From: a virus
Virus record (IMG/VR): IMGVR_UViG_3300042892_004016
Coordinates: 32,001-96,000 of that record
Length of the DNA stretch: 64,000 nt
Direction: 5' to 3' (one strand)
Below are positions 57,214-64,000 of this stretch, in pieces. Made by a program: the position numbers and the translations under genes. The first letter of the stretch is position 1. Every line of letters begins with the position of its first letter. Below the pieces are notes generated by a model that did no database searches, had not been told where the DNA came from, and saw only the letters and a list, made by a program, of their open reading frames with translations.

Positions 57214-58841
57214 AATAAATGTCAGATTACAGTACACTAAAAAACGCAGCAATAATTGAAACAATATCTACCCCAACTTCAAATACAGACTTGGGTACAG
57301 TAGAAAACACTTACGGTAATATTTACTTGAGTGGAAATGTAAACTTAAACGGCGTTGACGTAAACTCGACAAACGTGCTTGGGCCAAAAGTAGCAACAAT
57401 TACTTACACGGGTGATGATACTGCAGCAGATCCTGCAGGTGGGCAAACAGTAACTTTAACTGGCTCTGGATTCAATCTTGGAGCTAGTGTGTTGATAAGT
57501 GGAGTTAGTCCCAACGTTGTTACACGAGTCAGCAGTACTGTTCTCACATTCACGGCGCCAGCACAATCTGTCGGAAACTACACTCTTTATGTGATCAATC
57601 CAGATGGTGGAACTGCAATATTTCTTCCGGGCATGTCATATAGTGGAACTCCCACTTGGAGTACTAGCTCTGGTTCATTGGGTATTACTGGATCAGGCGG
57701 CAGTACTGCATTTACTGTAGTCGCCACCGGTGACGCTCCTGTAACTTACAGCGTAACCACCGGTGGGCTTCCAGCTGGGGTCACGTTAAACGCCAGTACT
57801 GGCGTTATATCCGGTACTGCCCCGGTACTTGCTTCAACAACCACTTACAACTTTACAGTGACTGCAACAGATGCGCAAAATCAAGAAACTCCACGTAATT
57901 TTAGTATTACCGTTAACGTAAATCCATCGGCAACCGGTGGCACGGTCACAACTGTGGGTGATTACAAAATACACACGTTCACCAGCAGCGATAGCGTAAT
58001 TTTCTCAAGTGGTGGTTCGGCACAGTATTTGGTTGTTGCAGGTGGTGGCGCCGGCGGCACTGGTAACTACGGCGGTGGCGGCGGCGCGGGTGGTTTCTTA
58101 ACTGGCAATGTTGATTTTAGTTCAGCTACATATACCGTAACAGTTGGCGCAGGTGGCATTGGTCAAGGTAGCCAATCTCTCCGCGGCGGCAATGGGGCAA
58201 ACAGTGTAATATCTGGCACAGGTGTATCAGTGACTGCAGTGGGTGGTGGTGGTGGTGGCAGCAGAAATAATGACGCAGCAGGTGGAAACTCAGGCGGCGC
58301 TCCAGGAGGCTCGGGCGGTGGCGCAAGTTTTGTAAGCTCTGCCGGCGGCAAGGGTGTTTACCCAGGATCAACTTTCATAGATGCACCAAGACAAGGTTAC
58401 GACGGTGGAACAAACCCAGCGGGACAATATGCTGCAGGTGGTGGTGGTGCGGGTGGCGTTGGGCATGACGGAACTAATTTTGCAAATAGGTCTGGTGGTG
58501 CCGGCTTAGCCAACCCAATTACAGGATCAACTGCAGGCGTATTGTCAGTCTCAACTTATTATTTGGCTGGTGGTGGCTCAGGTAACTTTAACGGCGGCTC
58601 TCCGTATGCACTGGGTGGTGCGGTGGGTGGCGCCGGCACCGCAGGATCAGGAGCTGGAGGACTTGGAGGATTTAGTCTAAACGGAGCAGGATCCGCCGGC
58701 GGCTCTGGTGTAGTGGTTATCAAGTATAAATTTCAATAAACAAAATAACAAGGATAGAAATAAATGTCAGATTACAGTACACTAAAAAACGCAGCAATAA
58801 TTGAAACAATATCTACCCCAACTTCAAATACAGACTTGGGT
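57214..58841 (+). repeat. 83-bp perfect direct repeat (57214-57296 = 58759-58841) covering the start of two adjacent genes
   Basis: AATAA plus 26 identical codons (MSDYSTLKNAAIIETISTPTSNTDLG), including all third positions. Confidence 0.92.
57219..58739 (+). CDS. Tip/receptor-binding cassette 1: MSDY head + IPT/TIG + Ig-like + glycine-rich domain (506 aa)
   Basis: GGQTVTLTGSGF..NPDGG (IPT), LPAGVTLNASTGVISGT, YKIHTFTSS...YLVVAGGG...GSGVVVIKY. Confidence 0.8.
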   Translation: MSDYSTLKNAAIIETISTPTSNTDLGTVENTYGNIYLSGNVNLNGVDVNSTNVLGPKVATITYTGDDTAADPAGGQTVTLTGSGFNLGASVLISGVSPNVVTRVSSTVLTFTAPAQSVGNYTLYVINPDGGTAIFLPGMSYSGTPTWSTSSGSLGITGSGGSTAFTVVATGDAPVTYSVTTGGLPAGVTLNASTGVISGTAPVLASTTTYNFTVTATDAQNQETPRNFSITVNVNPSATGGTVTTVGDYKIHTFTSSDSVIFSSGGSAQYLVVAGGGAGGTGNYGGGGGAGGFLTGNVDFSSATYTVTVGAGGIGQGSQSLRGGNGANSVISGTGVSVTAVGGGGGGSRNNDAAGGNSGGAPGGSGGGASFVSSAGGKGVYPGSTFIDAPRQGYDGGTNPAGQYAAGGGGAGGVGHDGTNFANRSGGAGLANPITGSTAGVLSVSTYYLAGGGSGNFNGGSPYALGGAVGGAGTAGSGAGGLGGFSLNGAGSAGGSGVVVIKYKFQ

Positions 58842-60650
58842 TCTGATGCAAATAGATATGGCAATATCTTCCTGCAAGGAAATTTAGCTATTGGTAACTT
58901 AGTAGCAAACGAATCCACACTAGTATCACCAAAGATTAGCGGATTAACTTATGTGGGTGATGATACTGCGGCCGACCCTACTGGAGGACAAACTATCACT
59001 ATTAACGGTAGTGGTTTTGCACTTGGGGCAGTGGTTTACGTAGCAGGATCAGTGGTAGGAGTTACGGCGGTAGTAAATGCTTCTACTATCACATTCACAA
59101 GCCCTGTAAAAAATGCAGGTAATTATGCATTGGTCGTAGTAAACTTAGATGGTGGTACAGCTACGTTTATTCCAGGCATGCAGTATTCAGGAGTTCCCAG
59201 CTGGAGTACTAGCGCAGGTAGTTTAGCCAACGTATATGAATATTCGTCAGTAAGCTCAACTTTAGCAGCCTCTAGCGACACTGCAGTAACTTACGCAGTG
59301 ACCTCAGGTGCATTACCTACTGGTGTTACCTTAGCCGCATCAACCGGTGTAATATCAGGAACAACACCAGCAATTGCCAGTGGAGCAAACACATACAGCT
59401 TTACTACCAGCGCAATAGATGGAGAAAATCAAGATACTCCTAGAAATTTTAGCATTACGGTAAATGCCGATTCAGTTGCTTGGTCAAGCCCTGCAGCCAA
59501 CGCAGCCCTTACTACCACCGTTGGAGACATATTTGTTCAGGCATTGAGTGCAACCAGCGCAGCAGGCAAATCAATAACATACACTGCAAATGCGCTACCT
59601 GCAGGATTAAGTATAGTTGGTGCGAACATTACCGGCACTCCTACTACTGCAGGAAGTGTAACCTCACTGCTCACTGCTACCGCTGCGTCAACGGGAAAAA
59701 CAGCTACCAGAACAATTAGCACCACTGTAGCGTCCCCAGTTATGGCAGCAACTGGTGGAACAGTAACATACGATGGTAACTTCAAGATACACACATTTAC
59801 TACGTCAGGCACATTCACAGTTTCTACTGCAGCTACCGGAGCCAACACTGCTACCGTGCTTGCAGTGGCTGGTGGTGGCAGTGGTGGATCTACTGGTTGC
59901 GGCGGAGGCGCAGGCGGATTGCTATATGGAACCTACACGTTTGCACCACAGGCCTATACAGTGACCATTGGAGCTGGCGGCTCAGGACCCACTGCATCAG
60001 TTACGCAGGGAAACAAAGGCAGCAATACTGTAATGGGAGCTGCAACTGCAATTGGTGGTGGAGCCGGAGCGAACAATACTGACGGTACCAGTGGTGGTAG
60101 TGGTGGTGGTTCAGGTTATAGCCCAGTTTCAGCCGGCGGCGCGGTACAGCAAACCGACAGTGGTGGCTTAACAGGATTTGGTAGTGCAGGCGGCCAAGGA
60201 AAAGACTATGGTTCATATTCATATGGCGGTGGTGGTGGCGGTGCAGGGGCAGCAGGTGAAGGATTCGTAACCGGTGGTGGCAACAACGCTGGTGGTAAAG
60301 GTTGGGCTGGCGGCATTGGAAAAGCATATAGCATCAGCGGCACTAGCTTATACTATGCAGGTGGTGGCGGCGCAGGCGGATACTTTGGTAGCGGTGGAAA
60401 CAGTGGTAACGGTGGTGATGGCGGTGCAGGCGGTGGCGGTGGTGCAGGTGGCGGCGTAGCTGCCTCATACGATCCCGGCACCAGTGACACCGGTCGCGGA
60501 GCTACAGCTCCGGAAACGCGCACCCAGGGCAGAGGTGGTAGTGGCGGCCCCAACACCGGTGGCGGTGGCGGTGGCGCAGTCTACGGATATGGATATGGTT
60601 ACGGCGATGGTGGATCAGGCGTGGTCATCATCAGATATCAGTATCAATAA
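58764..60650 (+). CDS. Tip/receptor-binding cassette 2: MSDY head + IPT/TIG + 2 Ig-like + glycine-rich domain (628 aa)
   Basis: As cassette 1 with an additional Ig-like domain. Confidence 0.8.
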   Translation: MSDYSTLKNAAIIETISTPTSNTDLGSDANRYGNIFLQGNLAIGNLVANESTLVSPKISGLTYVGDDTAADPTGGQTITINGSGFALGAVVYVAGSVVGVTAVVNASTITFTSPVKNAGNYALVVVNLDGGTATFIPGMQYSGVPSWSTSAGSLANVYEYSSVSSTLAASSDTAVTYAVTSGALPTGVTLAASTGVISGTTPAIASGANTYSFTTSAIDGENQDTPRNFSITVNADSVAWSSPAANAALTTTVGDIFVQALSATSAAGKSITYTANALPAGLSIVGANITGTPTTAGSVTSLLTATAASTGKTATRTISTTVASPVMAATGGTVTYDGNFKIHTFTTSGTFTVSTAATGANTATVLAVAGGGSGGSTGCGGGAGGLLYGTYTFAPQAYTVTIGAGGSGPTASVTQGNKGSNTVMGAATAIGGGAGANNTDGTSGGSGGGSGYSPVSAGGAVQQTDSGGLTGFGSAGGQGKDYGSYSYGGGGGGAGAAGEGFVTGGGNNAGGKGWAGGIGKAYSISGTSLYYAGGGGAGGYFGSGGNSGNGGDGGAGGGGGAGGGVAASYDPGTSDTGRGATAPETRTQGRGGSGGPNTGGGGGGAVYGYGYGYGDGGSGVVIIRYQYQ

Positions 60651-60674
60651 ACAACATAATAAAGAGAAAAATAA

Positions 60675-63647
60675 ATGTCAGATTACAATAGCTTAAAAAA
60701 CTCAGCACTAACCAACCCAACTGGTAACCTAGATTTGGGATCTGCCACTAACCGATATGGTAACATTTTCCTTCAGGGAAATCTAGCCATTGGTAATTTA
60801 GTGGCAACTGAAACCAGTTTAGTATCACCAAAAATCAGCAGTTTGACTTATGCTGGTAATGACACTGCAGCCGACCCCACTGGCTCACAGACTATCACCG
60901 TCAACGGCAGTGGATTTTCCAGTGGTGCAGCAGTGTATGTAGCAGGTTCAGTGGCATCAGCAGTCACAGTGGTCAGCTCTACTCAGGTCACGTTCTCCAG
61001 TCCTGCAAAAAGTGCAGGCAATTACACGCTGATACTGGTCAATTCAGATGGCGGCACTGCCACATTCATTCCAGGTATGCAGTACTCAGGCGTACCCAGC
61101 TGGAGTACCAGCAGTGGTAGTTTAGCCAGCGTATACGAGTATGATGCAGTCTCCAGCACATTGGCAGCAACCAGTGATAGCCCAGTAACATACTCAGTAA
61201 CATCAGGCGCGCTACCCACAGGTGTTACATTAACTTCAGCTACTGGTGTAGTAGCTGGCACAGCACCCAGCCAAGCATCTGGCTCAACCACTTATAATTT
61301 TACTACCAGCGCAATAGATGGTGAGAATCAAGACACACCCAGAAACTTCAGCGTCACTGTTAACGCAGACGCAGTTACTTGGTCAAGCCCTGCAGATAGT
61401 ACAACATACTCATTAGAGCAAGGCATTGCGATGGCTAATGTGGAATTGAGCGCATCCAGCGCAGCAGGTAAAGCAATCACATACACAGCCGATAGCTTGC
61501 CCACTGGATTGAATATAAGTGGCAGCAATATCGTAGGTACTCCTACTGTGGCGGCCAACACCAGCAGTACACTAACTGCTACTGCCAGCACAACAAACAA
61601 AACAGCAACTAAAGTGGTAAACTGGACAGTATCGGTAGCCACTGATGCATATTTCAAGTCTGTTTCTTTACTATTAACTGGTGATGGGGTAGCTAACAAT
61701 GCAACCAATAGTACATTCACCGACAGCAGCACCACTGCTCTCGCTATGACCAAATATGGTAACACTGCTCAGGGCGCTTTTAGTCCGTTTAGTCCAACCG
61801 GTTGGAGTGCTTATTTTGACGGCAGTGGCGATTATTTAACAACCACTGGATTTGGATTATCCACAGACTTTACCGTTGAGTTTTGGAGTTATCTTACCGC
61901 GCAACCAACTGGTGGGTATTTTATGTCTGCAAGTAGCTCTGGTCCCATTATAGGAGTGGAAGCTACTAAAACAATTTTGGGGTGGAACGGTGGCTGGATA
62001 CTTAATCCTCCAAATGATTCTGCTATTTACCCAAACGGAGTGTCTCCATTAAATCAATGGAATCACTGGGCAGTTGTAAGAAGTTCCGGCACTATTCGGT
62101 TTTACTTAAATGGGGTAATGCTTGGCTCGTCTAGTAGCGGCAGCGTCGCAAATGATGCCTCTATGTCGCAAACATGGGGAATTGGAGCATCAAATGACGG
62201 GCAGTCAGTAAACGTACCGCATTATATGAGCAACTTTAGAATGTCAAATGTTGCCAGATACAGTGGATCAAGTGTTATCGGCGCCAATTTTACATTACCC
62301 ACTGCAGACTTTGTTAATGATATAAACACTATATTATTAACATTACAAAGCAATAGATTTAAGGACAACAGCACTACTCCTAAAGCAATTACCGCAGCGG
62401 GAGATGCAAAAGCGCAAGCATTTAGTCCATATGCTCCTACTGCTTCATACAGCGCCGCAACACATGGTGGCAGTATGTATTTTGATGGCAATGATAACCT
62501 AGATGGCGCAGCAAACAATTCTAACATGAGAATGGGTACCGGAGACTATACAGTTGAGGGCTGGTTCTACCAATCAACGCTGTATTCTACGTATGGAACA
62601 GTTTTTGAAATAGGCGCCGGTACCTCAGGCACCGGCGGCATACAATTCTCTATAGGTAATCAATCTCAGGGTGGAGTAAGAATTTACGCATATAACGGTA
62701 CCAATGGTTATGTGGGTGGCTTTATAACAAATCCTCCTCTAAATACATGGAATCACATTGCCTGGGTCCGTAGTAGCGGAGTTATGAAGATTTACTTAAA
62801 TGGTGTGGGCAATGCAGGTGGCGCACATACCGGTGACCTAACTGACTCATCAACGGTAACAGTAGGCGGCGAGTTCTCACGTAACGCATCGTTTACGTAT
62901 AATGGTTATATCTCGGATCTGCGTGTAGTTAAAGGCACTGCGGTCTACACCGGCAATTTCACTCCACCAACGGCTACATTAACAGCAATTTCAGGAACCT
63001 CACTGTTACTTAAAGGAACAAGTGCAGGTATAATTGATGCTTCTGGTAAGAATGATTCAGAGACAGTAGCTGATACAAAAATCAGCACCAGCGTGAAAAA
63101 ATACGGTACCGGATCAATTTACTTTGATGGTACCGGAGATTACTTGCTATTTCCCGCTACCACAAACACCCAGTTAACTGGTAATTTTACAATTGAATTT
63201 TGGATGAATCCATCGGCAGCTGCGGTTGGCGGTGGCGACAAGGCAATAGTGGGATTAGGTAGCTCTGATCCACAAACCACTGTGATTAGATTAGTTGGTG
63301 CGCAGCTTCAATTTTGGGTGAATGGATCAACTTCTGGTATTGGTAGTGGATCCACTACTAACATAGCAGCCAATACATGGTACCATGTGGCTTTAGTTAG
63401 ATACGGTACTGCGTCCAATAATGTAAAACTGTATCTCAACGGAGTTGCTGAGGGATCATTATCTGGAGCAAGAAATGATATAATTCCTCCATCTGGACAA
63501 AGTTCTGCAATGGCTATCGGTCGTCATGGAGCAACACAAAATGAAGGGTATTACAGTGGATACATTGACGAGTTTAGAGTGTCTAAAGGCGTCGCCAGAT
63601 ATACAACCAACTTTACTCCGCCAACCGCTAAATTTAATCTAAGATAA
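60675..63647 (+). CDS. Tip/receptor-binding cassette 3: MSDY head + IPT/TIG + 2 Ig-like + three LamG/ConA-like domains (990 aa)
   Basis: Three S.YFDG..D.L...(D/N)(F/Y)T.E.W...W.H.A.VR...Y.NG units. Confidence 0.82.
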   Translation: MSDYNSLKNSALTNPTGNLDLGSATNRYGNIFLQGNLAIGNLVATETSLVSPKISSLTYAGNDTAADPTGSQTITVNGSGFSSGAAVYVAGSVASAVTVVSSTQVTFSSPAKSAGNYTLILVNSDGGTATFIPGMQYSGVPSWSTSSGSLASVYEYDAVSSTLAATSDSPVTYSVTSGALPTGVTLTSATGVVAGTAPSQASGSTTYNFTTSAIDGENQDTPRNFSVTVNADAVTWSSPADSTTYSLEQGIAMANVELSASSAAGKAITYTADSLPTGLNISGSNIVGTPTVAANTSSTLTATASTTNKTATKVVNWTVSVATDAYFKSVSLLLTGDGVANNATNSTFTDSSTTALAMTKYGNTAQGAFSPFSPTGWSAYFDGSGDYLTTTGFGLSTDFTVEFWSYLTAQPTGGYFMSASSSGPIIGVEATKTILGWNGGWILNPPNDSAIYPNGVSPLNQWNHWAVVRSSGTIRFYLNGVMLGSSSSGSVANDASMSQTWGIGASNDGQSVNVPHYMSNFRMSNVARYSGSSVIGANFTLPTADFVNDINTILLTLQSNRFKDNSTTPKAITAAGDAKAQAFSPYAPTASYSAATHGGSMYFDGNDNLDGAANNSNMRMGTGDYTVEGWFYQSTLYSTYGTVFEIGAGTSGTGGIQFSIGNQSQGGVRIYAYNGTNGYVGGFITNPPLNTWNHIAWVRSSGVMKIYLNGVGNAGGAHTGDLTDSSTVTVGGEFSRNASFTYNGYISDLRVVKGTAVYTGNFTPPTATLTAISGTSLLLKGTSAGIIDASGKNDSETVADTKISTSVKKYGTGSIYFDGTGDYLLFPATTNTQLTGNFTIEFWMNPSAAAVGGGDKAIVGLGSSDPQTTVIRLVGAQLQFWVNGSTSGIGSGSTTNIAANTWYHVALVRYGTASNNVKLYLNGVAEGSLSGARNDIIPPSGQSSAMAIGRHGATQNEGYYSGYIDEFRVSKGVARYTTNFTPPTAKFNLR

Positions 63648-63666
63648 TGTAAATCGGGCTAATAAA

Positions 63667-63693
63667 ACAAAGATCAACACAGTTGATCTTTGT
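63667..63693 (+). terminator. Perfect 12-bp hairpin, probable terminator or processing site
   Basis: ACAAAGATCAAC-aca-GTTGATCTTTGT. Confidence 0.6.
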
Positions 63694-63734
63694 CATTAAC
63701 GGGGACTAGTATAATAGTAATTAAAAAAAAACAA

Positions 63735-63740
63735 TAAATA
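63735..63740 (+). promoter_or_regulatory. Putative late promoter (AA)TAAATA, 4 nt before ATG 63745
   Basis: TAAATA-caat-ATG, no SD. Confidence 0.65.
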
Positions 63741-63744
63741 CAAT

Positions 63745-64000
63745 ATGGCATTAATAACTAAAGTACCCGGACTAATCGTCGATGAAACAAGCAATTTTAC
63801 ATTCGCCAACGCCAATGTAACTGGAAACCTGACCTCAGGCAACGCCAATTTGGGCAATCTAGCGACAGCTAACTATGTCGCCGGAACCCTCACAACAGCG
63901 TTACAGCCCAATATCACTCAAGTTGGCTCACTGGCCAATCTGACAGTTACTGGCAATATAACTGTGGGTGCTGTCAAAACCAACAGTTTACTGTACGCAA
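63745..64000 (+). CDS. Fibre-like protein, partial (runs off the right edge)
   Basis: MALITKVPGLIVDETSNFTFANANVTGNLTSGNANLGNLATANY...LQPNITQVGSL; same repeat vocabulary as other fibres. Confidence 0.8.
   Translation, partial: MALITKVPGLIVDETSNFTFANANVTGNLTSGNANLGNLATANYVAGTLTTALQPNITQVGSLANLTVTGNITVGAVKTNSLLYA

Noticed and set aside
102-62527. Numerous short ORF-track entries antisense to, or nested within, long genes
   Set aside because: Shadow frames of Thr/Ala/Gly-rich genes; no SD, promoter or recognisable motifs.
34549-64000. Diversity-generating retroelement or invertase-based fibre switching
   Set aside because: No reverse transcriptase or recombinase gene, no template/variable repeat pair differing only at adenines, and all cassettes are in direct orientation.
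1-64000. Alternative genetic code (stop codon reassignment)
   Set aside because: Conserved genes are full length in the standard code, and TAA, TGA and TAG all terminate genes at sensible positions.

Overview
This is the virion-morphogenesis region of a large T4-superfamily myophage, read in the standard genetic code. All calls come from motif recognition by eye; no searches were run. Left arm (- strand, 1-15.5 kb): baseplate cluster with a giant partial structural ORF, gp6-, gp25-, gp5-, hub-, gp53- and gp48/54-like genes. Next (+ strand): late sigma factor gp55, the gp47/gp46 (Mre11/Rad50-like) nuclease and a PD-(D/E)xK resolvase. A ~530-bp densely hairpinned non-coding region follows. Then comes a gp26/gp51-like chaperone pair joined by an apparent programmed -1 frameshift, two paralogous tape-measure-like genes, and the head module (portal gp20, core proteins, protease gp21, scaffold gp22, capsid gp23). 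After it lie a GIY-YIG homing endonuclease, small probable internal head proteins, and ~30 kb of repetitive, modular fibre/appendage genes. A late-promoter motif (A/C)TAA(A/G)TA precedes most operons and often lies 4-5 nt before the ATG, implying leaderless mRNAs. Most notable: (1) the structured RNA/ssDNA element at ~20.0-20.5 kb; (2) the slippery-site plus hairpin frameshift in the gp26/gp51 pair; (3) a repeated fibre-adaptor-fibre gene pattern suggesting fibres chained end to end; (4) very high N-x-S/T sequon density in the fibres; (5) a recombining cassette array of alternative tip proteins. No tRNA, CRISPR array or reverse transcriptase was seen.
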